This document shows positions 1 through 9,868 of a stretch of DNA of 64,000 bases, in pieces (the first letter of the stretch is position 1; every line of letters begins with the position of its first letter). The notes under the pieces are model-generated. The model did not search any database. It saw only the letters and a program-made list of their open reading frames with translations, and had not been told where the DNA came from. A program made the position numbers and the translations under genes. The stretch comes from a virus (lineage: Duplodnaviria; Caudoviricetes): the IMG/VR virus record IMGVR_UViG_3300024229_000651; one strand, given 5' to 3'.

Positions 1-2853
1 GCCACCTGCTGTATAATGCAATTTGAAATATTCAAAAGAGGTGCCGCCACCGCCACCACCGCCACCACCACCTGATATAGGTGCGTTAGCAATGCTTGTA
101 ATTCGACCTTGCTGGTCAACTGTAATTGAGGCTGCTTGTGTTGAGCTACCATATGATCCTGGTGTTACAGCAGTGTCTGCCAGTGCAATTTCGCCTGTGG
201 TATTGTCATAATCAATACCCGTTGTGCCGCTTATATCTGTAAGACTTATGCCTGAACCTAAGTCATTGTTGAAAGAACTTAATGGTATTTCTGAAAACTG
301 CTTACGCTTCTGTGATCCGTTGTCTAACAGTATTACTTCATCTGCAGTTCTGTCCACAGTTTCGGTCATGTCAGCAAGTTCAGATAGGTCAACATGTAAC
401 GAAACAGTTCCTGTAGTTCCACCGCCACTTAAACCTGTGCCAGCTAAAACACCTTCTATGTCGCCAGCACCACCGCCACCTGCGCCTGCAAGTAATGTAG
501 TTAAGTCAACGTTACCAGTTTGTCCTGTAAGGCTAATTACATTACCACTAAGTGTTAAGTCTTGGGAGTCAGTGTTACCACCACCTGCTATTGGAGTTAA
601 GTCAACACTGTTACCATTTGAAATAATAAGTGTATTACCTGATAAAGTTAGTGTTTGGCTGTCAGTTTCACTAGTTATATATCCGCTTAGGTCTGGTGGT
701 GTAAATGTAAATACGCCTGTTCCGCCTGCATATGTTAGTGAACCGCTTCCGTTTGCACTTGCTGTGCTAACACTAATACTTGTAAGATCAGCGTCAGCAC
801 CATCAGCACCTGCTGCTCCGTCTGCACCGTCTGCACCCGCCGGTCCTTGTGGACCCGTTGCGCCAGTATCACCAGTATCTCCTTTAGTACCCTGAAGTCC
901 TTGTGGACCCTGAGCACCGTCTGCACCTGCGTCACCATCATCGCCTTTGAGACCCTGTGGGCCTTGAGCGCCTGTTGCACCCTGAACACTACCAGTAACG
1001 TTTACAGTACTTGCATCGTTCATAGTTAGTGTTATAGCACCGTTTGATACCGCAGCACTTGTAATTGTTTGACCGTCAGCGCCGTCTGCGCCAGCTGGTC
1101 CAGTTAAGCCTATATCACCCTTAGGCCCTTGAATATTGCCTACGTCTGTTGTGGATGTATTAGAAAAATCTATTACTAAGTTACCAGCAACTAATGTCAC
1201 GTCTGTGATACTAATGCCGTCATCGCCATCTGCACCAGCCTGTCCTGTTAAGCCGACATTACCCTGTGGTCCTGTTGGTCCAGTAGGCCCTGGTACTGTG
1301 CTGTCTGCGCCATCAGCGCCATCTGCTCCAGCTTGGCCTTGCGGTCCTTGAGAACCAGTATCGCCTGTATCTCCTTTAAGACCTTGTGGTCCCTGGGCGC
1401 CAGCGGCTCCATCAGCTCCATCAGCTCCGGGTGCTCCATCTGCTCCATCTGCTCCTGCTGGCCCCGGTACTGTGCTGTCTGCGCCATCTGCTCCAGCTGG
1501 TCCTGTTGGCCCAGCTGGTCCTGTTGCTCCCAACCCGCTTAAATCTATTGTAGTACCATCATATGTAAAGTCACTGCCTGACACACTTATAGCTGGTCTA
1601 TTTTGTAAATCTGTATAGTTACCTGTGAAAGCAACTGTACTTAATTCTGTATTGCTGTTGTTTAGTGCATTAGCAACTTCTGCTAAACTGTCTAAGTTTA
1701 CATTAGCACCGCCTAAAATCTTTGTTTCTAAAGCATCGACATACGATAACATGTTTACGTTTGCAGTGTCAACATATGCTTTCATATCACTATTTGCTTG
1801 CGTAATCTCGCCACTCAATGTTGTAGCACTACTACCTATGGATGTTTGTAAATTGTTTAGGCCACCATCTACATATGATTTAAGATCAGTGTTTGCTTGA
1901 TCTACATACGCTTCTGTTGCATATCCTGTTAAGTCTACACTAACATTAGCTACTGCGTTATCAACGTAACTCTCTGTCGCATAGCCTGTTAAGTCCACTG
2001 CGCCGTTTGCTACAGCAGTGTTTACAAATGATTCTGTTGCATAGCCTGTTAAGTCTACTGCAAGAGTGCTTAAATCAACGCTGTTACCATTGCTAATACT
2101 CAGTGTATTATTTGCAAATGTCAATGTTTGTGTTACAGTTTGATCTGCTACCCAAGCATAGTCAGTGCCGTTCCAGCTTAATAGTTCTCCGGAGCTTGCA
2201 CTTGATATATTTAAATGATCATCGATGTTACCTTGTACTTGTTGCTCAAAGTTTACAAATTCAAACTGTGCATTGCCTGCAACATATTTTAGAATGTCTC
2301 CGTCGTTTAATGCATCAGCACTATCAACTTGCTGTATATGTTGTATGTCGATATAACCGTTGATCCATTCGCTACCGCTCCATCTAAGTGCTTGGTTAGC
2401 AACAGGGTTTGAAACGTTAGTATCTGTTAGTGCTTCGAATGTTGTTGATCCTGCACTGTCCAACGAGCTTAAATCAACACTGTTGCCATCGCTTATTGTT
2501 AATGTATTTGTTGCTGTATTCCAACTCAATGATTGTGTTACTGAGGAAATATCTGCAGGCTCAAAAGTTATTACGCCTGTAACGTTGTTATAAGTTAATG
2601 ACCCGTTACCATTCGCTGGATCAGTAGTAACACTAATGTCAGAAAGGGCAATCCCTGACGAAAATGCTAGCGGAGATCCGTTTGCGTAATAATAGTTGTC
2701 TGTGAAAATTGCATCTACTGTTGCGTTACCCGATGCAGCAACATCAATAACACCGACAATGTTATTGTTTGCTAGGTTAAGATTGTCTCCTGCGGGTAGT
2801 TCTTTTAGTAATCTACTCCCCGAGTCTACAATTAGTGGAATTCTATCTGTCAT
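1..2853 (-). CDS. Collagen-repeat tail fibre / virion fibre protein (partial, runs off the left edge)
   Basis: Absent from the ORF track because there is no stop in the window. ATG at 2853 (MTDRIPLIVDSGSRLL...) after AAGGG; I read the frame as open to position 1 (951 codons, ...SGGGGGGGGGTSFEYFKLHYTAGG). Many Gly-X-Y runs (GADGADG, GPQGLKGDTG) plus VDLTGYATE and SNGNSVDL repeats. Confidence 0.85.
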   Translation of the reverse strand, partial: MTDRIPLIVDSGSRLLKELPAGDNLNLANNNIVGVIDVAASGNATVDAIFTDNYYYANGSPLAFSSGIALSDISVTTDPANGNGSLTYNNVTGVITFEPADISSVTQSLSWNTATNTLTISDGNSVDLSSLDSAGSTTFEALTDTNVSNPVANQALRWSGSEWINGYIDIQHIQQVDSADALNDGDILKYVAGNAQFEFVNFEQQVQGNIDDHLNISSASSGELLSWNGTDYAWVADQTVTQTLTFANNTLSISNGNSVDLSTLAVDLTGYATESFVNTAVANGAVDLTGYATESYVDNAVANVSVDLTGYATEAYVDQANTDLKSYVDGGLNNLQTSIGSSATTLSGEITQANSDMKAYVDTANVNMLSYVDALETKILGGANVNLDSLAEVANALNNSNTELSTVAFTGNYTDLQNRPAISVSGSDFTYDGTTIDLSGLGATGPAGPTGPAGADGADSTVPGPAGADGADGAPGADGADGAAGAQGPQGLKGDTGDTGSQGPQGQAGADGADGADSTVPGPTGPTGPQGNVGLTGQAGADGDDGISITDVTLVAGNLVIDFSNTSTTDVGNIQGPKGDIGLTGPAGADGADGQTITSAAVSNGAITLTMNDASTVNVTGSVQGATGAQGPQGLKGDDGDAGADGAQGPQGLQGTKGDTGDTGATGPQGPAGADGADGAAGADGADADLTSISVSTASANGSGSLTYAGGTGVFTFTPPDLSGYITSETDSQTLTLSGNTLIISNGNSVDLTPIAGGGNTDSQDLTLSGNVISLTGQTGNVDLTTLLAGAGGGGAGDIEGVLAGTGLSGGGTTGTVSLHVDLSELADMTETVDRTADEVILLDNGSQKRKQFSEIPLSSFNNDLGSGISLTDISGTTGIDYDNTTGEIALADTAVTPGSYGSSTQAASITVDQQGRITSIANAPISGGGGGGGGGGTSFEYFKLHYTAGG
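793..1530 (-). repeat. Gly-X-Y collagen-like coding repeats in three blocks
   Basis: Blocks at about 793-985, 1075-1135 and 1215-1530. The unit GADGADSTVPGP is duplicated at about 1289 and 1464. Confidence 0.9.
1900..2065 (-). repeat. 3 x 60-bp coding repeat (VDLTGYATE[S/A][Y/F]V)
   Basis: gcata[t/g]cctgttaagtc[t/c]ac recurs at about 1919, 1979 and 2039. Confidence 0.85.
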
Positions 2854-2865
2854 GTCATTGCCCTT

Positions 2866-4737
2866 TTATGATAAACTTATCGCAACAGTTCCTGTGCGTG
2901 ATATTATATTTAACAGACCACCCGCTGTGAGTGGTATACTTTCGGTTCCAAGCCGTGTGCCTACAATCAATTCTGATACTTGTGGCCCAGCCGAACCCAA
3001 TATGTTCGTTGTGTCAGTTAACTGGCTTATATCTGATGGTATTACATTAGTTGTGTCAGTTAAGTTACTGATGTCGCTTGGCAGTAAATTAGTCGAGTCT
3101 GTTAAGTCGCTAAGGTCACTTGCCAATAAATTAGTCGTGTCAGTCAATTGACTGATATCATCTGGTACAACGTTTGTTGTGTCAGATAGATCACTGAGGT
3201 CTGCTGGTATTAGCCCACCAGTGTCTGTTAAGTTACTAAGGTCCGAAGGTATTAACCCAGTAGTATCTGTTAAGTTACTGAGGTCACTTGGTATTAAACT
3301 AGTTGTGTCAGATAAGTCTGTTAGATCAGCTGGTATTAACCCAGTAGTATCTGTTAAGTTACTGAGGTCACTTGGTATTAAACTAGTTGTGTCAGATAAG
3401 TCTGTTAGATCAGCTGGTATTAGTCCAGTAGTATCTGTTAACTCACTTAAATCTGACGGTACATAAATTGTTCCTGCTTCGAACTGTGAATTACTAGCGT
3501 TCCATATTAGCGTTTGACCGTCTTGTATCCCAATGGAATCGACATCTAGTAAATCTGAAATTACATTTATTTCTCTATATGTTGACGATATTAGTATTGA
3601 ATCTGCATTAGAATCAGCTACAACAGATATTCCAGGACCAGCAGCAAAATTCAATACATCATTTTGTCTGTCTGCAACTATGTAATTGTATACATTGCCT
3701 TCTGCAGATACTCGCCCAAAGCTGTGTACGTTGATATCTGTAGACAACGTTATTGTGTCAGTCATTGGATCAGCACTAACAACCAAGTTGTTATCTCCGG
3801 ACACAATAGTAAGGTTAGTAGAATCAAAATCTACACTACCGTCACTGAAGTTTACAGTCTTAATAAATCCGCCAGTCGACGGTATCACAATGTTTGCAAT
3901 CTCAGATCTGATCTGATCAGCATCCATAGAGTCAGCTCTCAGCATATAGTTCGATGCTGGCTGGCTACCCAGGTTTAATGTGTTGACTGATAGATCAGCA
4001 GTACCTCTAAAGTATGTTGAGAACACTTGATGGTATTGATGATTTGCATTACCTAAACTATAAAAATTATGTAGGGCAGGAGCATGGTTGGATGTTTCTG
4101 TTATAGACGTTACAACATGTGCATTAAACAGTAAGGAGTCTACTTTACCACTTATGTCTACGTTGTCTACCCAAGTTACAGAACCATTTCCATCTGTTTT
4201 TAAAATTTGTCCGTCAGTGCCATCTGTCTGCGGAAGGTTAAAGTTTCCGCCTATGCTTAAATTATGTAAATTTGCACTGAATGCTGTGATGGATCCATCT
4301 TCAATATTGACACTATTGCTTAGACCAGCAATTGTTAGTACACCTTCGTCCAATGTGATTCCAGCTGCATTTTTAATACCATTGCCGGTCTCGTCGTATA
4401 CTGCAACGGCATTTGCTGTAACTGATGGTTGTACACTTAATGCATTGCTACCAACTGTTGCGTCGATTGTGATGACATTGTTTGCTAGAGTTAATGTTGT
4501 GTTTGCGCCAGCACTTAGTTTGTAAAAATCTAAATATGCGCCATCGTTGGCTTTGTAAATACCAACACCAGTGTCGCCAATATTTCTACCCACACCATGA
4601 ACTGCGCCGCCTCCGTTAACTAGAGATGCTATTGTTTCATTAACAAACGCACCAACATTCGCATCGTAAACCAATATTTGGTTGTCTGCGATGGAATCAA
4701 TGTTGAATTGTACCGTTTGGTTAGTTGTAATCGCCAT
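2866..4737 (-). CDS. Repeat-containing virion structural/fibre-like protein, 623 aa
   Basis: Beta-rich N-terminal part, about 11 copies of a 14-aa SDLS(D/N)LTDTT(G/S/N)LIP repeat; GATAAATA motif upstream; adjacent to the fibre gene. Confidence 0.75.
   Translation of the reverse strand: MAITTNQTVQFNIDSIADNQILVYDANVGAFVNETIASLVNGGGAVHGVGRNIGDTGVGIYKANDGAYLDFYKLSAGANTTLTLANNVITIDATVGSNALSVQPSVTANAVAVYDETGNGIKNAAGITLDEGVLTIAGLSNSVNIEDGSITAFSANLHNLSIGGNFNLPQTDGTDGQILKTDGNGSVTWVDNVDISGKVDSLLFNAHVVTSITETSNHAPALHNFYSLGNANHQYHQVFSTYFRGTADLSVNTLNLGSQPASNYMLRADSMDADQIRSEIANIVIPSTGGFIKTVNFSDGSVDFDSTNLTIVSGDNNLVVSADPMTDTITLSTDINVHSFGRVSAEGNVYNYIVADRQNDVLNFAAGPGISVVADSNADSILISSTYREINVISDLLDVDSIGIQDGQTLIWNASNSQFEAGTIYVPSDLSELTDTTGLIPADLTDLSDTTSLIPSDLSNLTDTTGLIPADLTDLSDTTSLIPSDLSNLTDTTGLIPSDLSNLTDTGGLIPADLSDLSDTTNVVPDDISQLTDTTNLLASDLSDLTDSTNLLPSDISNLTDTTNVIPSDISQLTDTTNILGSAGPQVSELIVGTRLGTESIPLTAGGLLNIISRTGTVAISLS
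3008..3462 (-). repeat. 42-bp (14-aa) tandem coding repeat array with an exact 84-bp duplication
   Basis: 3248-3331 and 3332-3415 are identical; flanking units are degenerate. Confidence 0.9.
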
Positions 4738-4761
4738 ATTATATCCTGCTCAGTATAGCAG

Positions 4762-4768
4762 TATTTAT
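4762..4768 (-). promoter_or_regulatory. Late-promoter-like ATAAATA
   Basis: GATAAATAC in the gap upstream of the 623-aa gene; the same motif recurs before many genes; resembles the T4 late promoter TATAAATA. Confidence 0.6.
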
Positions 4769-4790
4769 CACTTTATGTGATTTTTAGACT

Positions 4791-5204
4791 CTATGCAGAG
4801 AGTCGGATATAATTAATTGCGCCGTATTCTGTGAGATAAGTAGATCCGTCACCTAATTGGCTACGATCAATAACTACTCTTAGATATGTGAAGTTGCCTT
4901 CAATAGTATATGCTTCGACTCCAGTAAAACCCTCTGTGCCGATTACAGGGAATTGCTTATAACCACCTTGATCAGGTGTTCGTCCGCCCGGGACTTGTAA
5001 GTTGAACCAGTCAGCTTCTGCAGGGTCTAAAGACAAACTACCTTGTACAAACACTCTGCCTTTAAATGCATTATACGAAACAGCAAAAGTGTGTATACCG
5101 TCGCTGTATCCGTAGTAACCGTCACCCTCAACTTTGTCAGTTGTGATGTTCATGTCAGAGCCAGTTGAACTCTGTACTAAAATACTCTTGCGTTCTATAG
5201 TCAT
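4791..5204 (-). CDS. Hypothetical protein (possibly virion-associated), 137 aa
   Basis: Clean ORF in the structural neighbourhood; ATAAATA 5 nt before the ATG. Confidence 0.7.
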   Translation of the reverse strand: MTIERKSILVQSSTGSDMNITTDKVEGDGYYGYSDGIHTFAVSYNAFKGRVFVQGSLSLDPAEADWFNLQVPGGRTPDQGGYKQFPVIGTEGFTGVEAYTIEGNFTYLRVVIDRSQLGDGSTYLTEYGAINYIRLSA

Positions 5205-5209
5205 ACAAG

Positions 5210-5216
5210 TATTTAT
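5210..5216 (-). promoter_or_regulatory. Late-promoter-like ATAAATA, leaderless spacing
   Basis: GATAAATA-cttgt-ATG. Confidence 0.6.
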
Positions 5217-5220
5217 CTAA

Positions 5221-5901
5221 TTACAGATTATCTATCACAATAATTTCTACCTTAGATGAAATAACATCGCCATATTTTAGTTTACAAAAAAACTCAATAT
5301 CCTCTAAGTCTTCCTTATTGAAATATACGTTGCAGTCATAGTATCTGCTGTCGCACACCCCCATAATAGATTTGCCTAACTTGTCATAGTATTCTGCATT
5401 GATTCTAGGATAGGTTTGTGCGTACCCATATGTACCAGTAGACAATCTACCACCAGTGCGATTTTCTTGTCTCTTTGGGTACTTCCATATTAACTTCATA
5501 TCATACTGATTAAAGTATTTATTGCCCTTTATAATGTGTACATAACCGCCGTACTTATTTTGTTTTTGAACTTTTTTCAGCATATCTACGTGGTAATCAC
5601 TGATAGGCCCTGATATATGATCTACGTTGTCATGGCCTATGTGATTTACAAAACTATCCAGTAATGCTTTACCGGTAAAGTAATAGTTTTTAGTCCAATT
5701 ATTAACACTTTTTGTACCAAACTTTCTATCCCACGCATCCCCAGAGCTTGTACCTTTCCAACTAAGAACATCAGCAGTTACTTTCCAATCAGCTGTGATC
5801 TCATTGTCCCTGAGCTTTACTCTATAAGGATATCCGCCGTAATATACTTTGTCACTGCCATGTACAGTATTTTTATAATCACTTCTGTTGAGAATTTCCA
5901 A
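5221..5901 (-). CDS. Hypothetical protein, 226 aa
   Basis: Long ORF overlapping the clpA end; no family recognised. Confidence 0.7.
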   Translation of the reverse strand: MEILNRSDYKNTVHGSDKVYYGGYPYRVKLRDNEITADWKVTADVLSWKGTSSGDAWDRKFGTKSVNNWTKNYYFTGKALLDSFVNHIGHDNVDHISGPISDYHVDMLKKVQKQNKYGGYVHIIKGNKYFNQYDMKLIWKYPKRQENRTGGRLSTGTYGYAQTYPRINAEYYDKLGKSIMGVCDSRYYDCNVYFNKEDLEDIEFFCKLKYGDVISSKVEIIVIDNL

Positions 5902-8071
5902 AACTGATCTCTCCTTCTTCGCTAGTTGATACAGTTATGCAAACATCTTTAAGGTCTTCGAAGAGTAGTTTCTTACTGAGAGGTATTTTAATTAGTCTCT
6001 CAAATAAACGCTTTAAAGGTCTCGCTCCCATTGTGGGTTCGTATCCGTTTTCAATAAAGTATTCCAATGTATTATCGTCAAATACAATCTCTATATTCTT
6101 ATCTGATAGTTGTTGATTTGTTTCCTCTATCACTCGCTTGACAATTTTACCGATCACATCCTTATCTAACTTGTTGAATCGTATCACAGTATCAAGCCTG
6201 TTTCTAAATTCTGGAGTAAAGAATGACGTAATAGCTGTGACGTCTGTGTCAACTTTAGTGTTCTTGCCAAAACCAATTTTAAGTTTCTCTGCATCAGCAG
6301 CACCTAAGTTAGATGTCATAAGCAAAACTACATTTGTAAAGTCTGTTGTTTTGCCTGTTGCACCAGTCAGTCTACCATCGTCCATAACTTGCAACAATAC
6401 CTGTAATACTTCAGGTGCGGCTTTCTCAACTTCGTCTAATAGTAACACACAGTTGGGATAATTCTCTACAGTAGTTAGTAGTTGACCTTGCCCCATCTTG
6501 CCTTCAGCATGTCCTACATATCCAGGAGGAGCACCAATCAGTTTGCTCACGCTGTGACGTTCCTGGTACTCACTCATATCAAATCTAACTAATTTGCAGT
6601 CTAGTTCTTCTGCAAGTTGCTTTGCAGTTTCTGTTTTACCTGTTCCAGTAGGCCCAACTAATAAGAAACTACCCACAGGCTTATTCTTTTCTCTCAAACC
6701 AGACTTACTAACTAGTACTGCTTCTACTATCTTGTCAATGGCTTCGTCTTGCCCGTATACTTTTGTCTTAATGCGTTTGTCTAGGCTTTTATACCCCACA
6801 GTGCTGTCCACATCAATGACATCCTTACCAATGTTGCTCATTTTGCTGACAACAGTTAGAACATCATCCATGTCTACTATAGTTACACCTTTTAGTTTTG
6901 CTCTAGCTGCAGCACTGTCCATCACATCAACTGCCTTATCTGGAAAATACTTGTTCTTGATATATCTGTCAGCTAAGTCCACACACCGCTCTGCTAAGTC
7001 ATCTGACATCTCGACCTTGTGAAAATCTTCAAAGTTGGGCTTGAGGCCTTTGAGAATTAATATAGTATCTTCTACGTTTGTAGGCTCAACATCAACTCGT
7101 TGGAATCGACGCATCAATGCTCTATCTTTTTCAAAGTGTGTGCTGTACTCGTCACTGGTCGTAGCACCCATAGTAAGCAATTTACCTCTGCCCAGTATAG
7201 GTTTCATAAGGTTAGCAATATCTACGCTACTACCTCCGGCTGCGCCTGCGCCCATAATCATATGTATTTCGTCGATGAACAGAATTACATCTTTGTTCTT
7301 TTCCAAGTTGTCTAATACAATTTTAATCCTTTCTTCAAAGTCTCCTCTGTATCTTGTACCTGCTAACAACGAACCTATGTCTAAACTGAATACTGTTTTG
7401 GATTTTAATGCAGCAGGCACTTGCCCTTCTACAATCTTTAATGCCAAGCCTTCTGCAATAGCTGTTTTACCTACGCCTGGCTCGCCAATCAAAATTGGAT
7501 TATTCTTTTTTCGTCTTGCAAGAATATGCACAACTTCATCAACTTCTTCTGAACGTCCTATAAGTGGATCTATTTCACTTTGTGCGGCTTTCTCATTTAA
7601 GTTAATAAGAAATTCTTCTGCTTCTTTGAGGCTGTCTTCAAGTATGTTAGACTTATTAACAACTTCTACAATTTTCTTTTTGTTAATACCGTTCAATTCA
7701 CATAGATAAGATGCGTGTGTATCGCTTTCGCTTAGTATACTAATAAACAAATCTACTGAAGATATTTGTTCCCTAGCATTAAATATTACTTGGGCAAAGG
7801 CTCGCTGTAGTGCACGTTCTATGGACACAGTTTTTTTAGGCCTACCTTCGTAAGGGATCTCACCTACAAGCCCATTAAAATTATTTGCCTCTAAATAAGT
7901 TTCTAGATCATCTTTAGCTGTGAGCCAATCGCACTCTATTTCTTCTAAAACAGCAACCACATTCTCATCATCAAACAGGCTCACCACAAGGTGCTCTAAT
8001 GTAACATACTCGTGTTGCTTTGCTTGTGCAGAGTCTACTGCGTTTGATATGATTAAGTCCACATTACTCAT
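5879..8071 (-). CDS. clpA: ATP-dependent Clp protease ATPase ClpA
   Basis: Clp N domain (HEYVTLEHL), NBD1 GEPGVGKT/FIDEIH, NBD2 GPTGTGKT/LLDEVEKA, GAPPGYVG pore loop, KIGF ClpP-docking loop, GARPL; no ClpB middle domain. Confidence 0.93.
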   Translation of the reverse strand: MSNVDLIISNAVDSAQAKQHEYVTLEHLVVSLFDDENVVAVLEEIECDWLTAKDDLETYLEANNFNGLVGEIPYEGRPKKTVSIERALQRAFAQVIFNAREQISSVDLFISILSESDTHASYLCELNGINKKKIVEVVNKSNILEDSLKEAEEFLINLNEKAAQSEIDPLIGRSEEVDEVVHILARRKKNNPILIGEPGVGKTAIAEGLALKIVEGQVPAALKSKTVFSLDIGSLLAGTRYRGDFEERIKIVLDNLEKNKDVILFIDEIHMIMGAGAAGGSSVDIANLMKPILGRGKLLTMGATTSDEYSTHFEKDRALMRRFQRVDVEPTNVEDTILILKGLKPNFEDFHKVEMSDDLAERCVDLADRYIKNKYFPDKAVDVMDSAAARAKLKGVTIVDMDDVLTVVSKMSNIGKDVIDVDSTVGYKSLDKRIKTKVYGQDEAIDKIVEAVLVSKSGLREKNKPVGSFLLVGPTGTGKTETAKQLAEELDCKLVRFDMSEYQERHSVSKLIGAPPGYVGHAEGKMGQGQLLTTVENYPNCVLLLDEVEKAAPEVLQVLLQVMDDGRLTGATGKTTDFTNVVLLMTSNLGAADAEKLKIGFGKNTKVDTDVTAITSFFTPEFRNRLDTVIRFNKLDKDVIGKIVKRVIEETNQQLSDKNIEIVFDDNTLEYFIENGYEPTMGARPLKRLFERLIKIPLSKKLLFEDLKDVCITVSTSEEGEISFGNSQQK

Positions 8072-8075
8072 ATTG

Positions 8076-8858
8076 CTAAATTTCCTTGTTTATAAATTGT
8101 TCTAATTTGTCTAATTGATCGTCCATCAAACTAGGCATAGATACGTCAAGAATAACATATAACGTGCCTTTTACTCCACTATTAGAGTTAGGCATTCCTA
8201 AGTTACTTAACCTTAACCTACCATCTTGCCCACTTCGTTTTGGCACTTTTACACGCACTGTTGTACCATTTATGTGTTCTATTTCAACAGTGCATCCTAG
8301 CAATGATTGAAAATAATCTATACCCACTTTGCAATATAGATCATCACCACGTCTATCCCACTCGGGTGGATTGATAACGTGTATCCTGACTACTAAATCC
8401 CCAGGAGGTAAGTTGCTGTGCTCCAACGGCCCTTTACCAGTTAAGTGGAATTGTGTGCCGTGTGAGGTACCAGCTGGTACACTAAATTTTATTTTACTGT
8501 ACCCTAAATCAATTATTTTATCTATGCCGGTGTATGCTTCTCTCAAGTTTACGGACAAGTCGCATACTGCGTCTCTGTTTGCTCTTGCTCTCGTTCTATG
8601 CTGTGCATGTGCTTGTCTAAACATGTCATGGAAAAAACTGTCGAACCCTCCCCCAAAACTAGATCCTTGCACTGGATTATCGTATTCTGCTTTTGCCTTT
8701 TCATTGCCTAATACATCGTATGCTTCTTGTACTTTTTTAAAGCTCGCTTCGTCGCCGCCTCTATCTGGATGATGTTTGCTGGCTAAACGCCTGTATGCTT
8801 TTTTGATATCTGCTTGTGACGCCTGTTTATCGACGCCTAACGTGTTATAATAATCCAT
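8076..8858 (-). CDS. dnaJ: DnaJ-class co-chaperone (CbpA-like, no Zn finger)
   Basis: J domain DYYNTLGV...KHHPDRGG, short G/F segment, C-terminal DnaJ domain (PPGDLVVRI). Confidence 0.9.
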   Translation of the reverse strand: MDYYNTLGVDKQASQADIKKAYRRLASKHHPDRGGDEASFKKVQEAYDVLGNEKAKAEYDNPVQGSSFGGGFDSFFHDMFRQAHAQHRTRARANRDAVCDLSVNLREAYTGIDKIIDLGYSKIKFSVPAGTSHGTQFHLTGKGPLEHSNLPPGDLVVRIHVINPPEWDRRGDDLYCKVGIDYFQSLLGCTVEIEHINGTTVRVKVPKRSGQDGRLRLSNLGMPNSNSGVKGTLYVILDVSMPSLMDDQLDKLEQFINKEI

Positions 8859-8863
8859 AGTTA

Positions 8864-8892
8864 ATTATAGCAAAGTTTTATAGTGTAGTCAA
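8864..8892 (-). promoter_or_regulatory. sigma70-like promoter, leaderless spacing
   Basis: TTGACT-17-TATAAT, then 5 nt to the dnaJ ATG. Confidence 0.75.
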
Positions 8893-8902
8893 TGAATATT
8901 TG

Positions 8903-9139
8903 TTAGAGACGACTTTTAACTAGTTGGACAACATCACGTACAATGTAAATATTATCCAAGTCATCGTCAAAAATTTCTATATCGAACTCATCTTCGCATA
9001 TCAGTGACATATCGACTACAGCTAAACTATCTAACTCTAGATCATTCACTAAATGGCTATTGAGGTTTATTTGTATTTTGGAGTTGGTTACTAATTCTTG
9101 TAGCAAGACAATTAGTTTTTCTTCAATGTGATCCTGCAT
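8903..9139 (-). CDS. acpP: Acyl carrier protein
   Basis: 78 aa, acidic, DLELDSLAVVD with the phosphopantetheine Ser, EDEFDIEI. Confidence 0.88.
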   Translation of the reverse strand: MQDHIEEKLIVLLQELVTNSKIQINLNSHLVNDLELDSLAVVDMSLICEDEFDIEIFDDDLDNIYIVRDVVQLVKSRL

Positions 9140-9868
9140 TTAATCGTTTCCGAAAGGTAGTAATTTCTTAATGCTGAAGCCTGTTTCTTCTTGCGGCTGT
9201 TCTGCAGGTGGAGGAGTATACTGTTCCTCGTTGTTTGCTTCCTCTGCCTCACGCTGGTTGTCTTGTCTTTCTTCGTTCTCGTCTAACCAGCCTTCCTTAC
9301 CTTTGGGCTTAGTTGCTTCTCTGTAGTAAAAAATAATTTCTTTTTGCTGGTTGATATAACGCTTAATATCTTGTAAGTTAGCAGCCATTCGCTCGTAGCC
9401 TACCGGAGTGATTGCTAGTACAACAAATCCTCCGTCTAGCATGTTCTCAACTTCAGCAATCTTTTGTTCTAAGTTACCGCATACTTCTATACCTTTGCCG
9501 GCATCGTCTAACAGTTGGGGCAACTCTATTCTGTTACCATCTGCATCACGTTGGACACGCCTTGCTGAAGTACCATCCTCTTTGGTATAGTCTTCGTATG
9601 CAAAGCGTTCCGTTGTTCGATAAGTTTTTGAACTGCCTACTACTTTTTTAATTCCTGTTGCTGGTTTGCAAGGAGTATTTGTGATCACTTTCCAATCTAT
9701 ATCATTTAACGAAATCTGTGGAGGTAATGGTGGCTGATATATTTCAACCTCAACAGTTTCTGTTATTACTTTAACTGGTGGTAGTGGTTGATATGGTTGC
9801 TGCATCGTGCTACATGCACCTAATGAAAATAATGATGCAATCAATAGTATATTTTTAATTTGTCTCAT
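9140..9868 (-). CDS. Outer-membrane lipoprotein, probable o-spanin
   Basis: Signal peptide with lipobox SLGAC, Pro-rich segment, directly downstream of and overlapping an i-spanin-like gene. Confidence 0.65.
   Translation of the reverse strand: MRQIKNILLIASLFSLGACSTMQQPYQPLPPVKVITETVEVEIYQPPLPPQISLNDIDWKVITNTPCKPATGIKKVVGSSKTYRTTERFAYEDYTKEDGTSARRVQRDADGNRIELPQLLDDAGKGIEVCGNLEQKIAEVENMLDGGFVVLAITPVGYERMAANLQDIKRYINQQKEIIFYYREATKPKGKEGWLDENEERQDNQREAEEANNEEQYTPPPAEQPQEETGFSIKKLLPFGND

Noticed and set aside
3008-3462. Possible CRISPR array
   Set aside because: The repeats are contiguous, multiples of 3 and in-frame coding, with no unique spacers and no cas genes.
23-4525. Plus-strand Pro/Ser-rich ORFs in the track (e.g. 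23-211, 224-895, 1136-1351, 2696-3151, 3179-3466)
   Set aside because: Antisense shadows of the Gly-rich, repeat-rich minus-strand fibre genes; no SD or promoter. The same applies to most short opposite-strand ORFs across the window.
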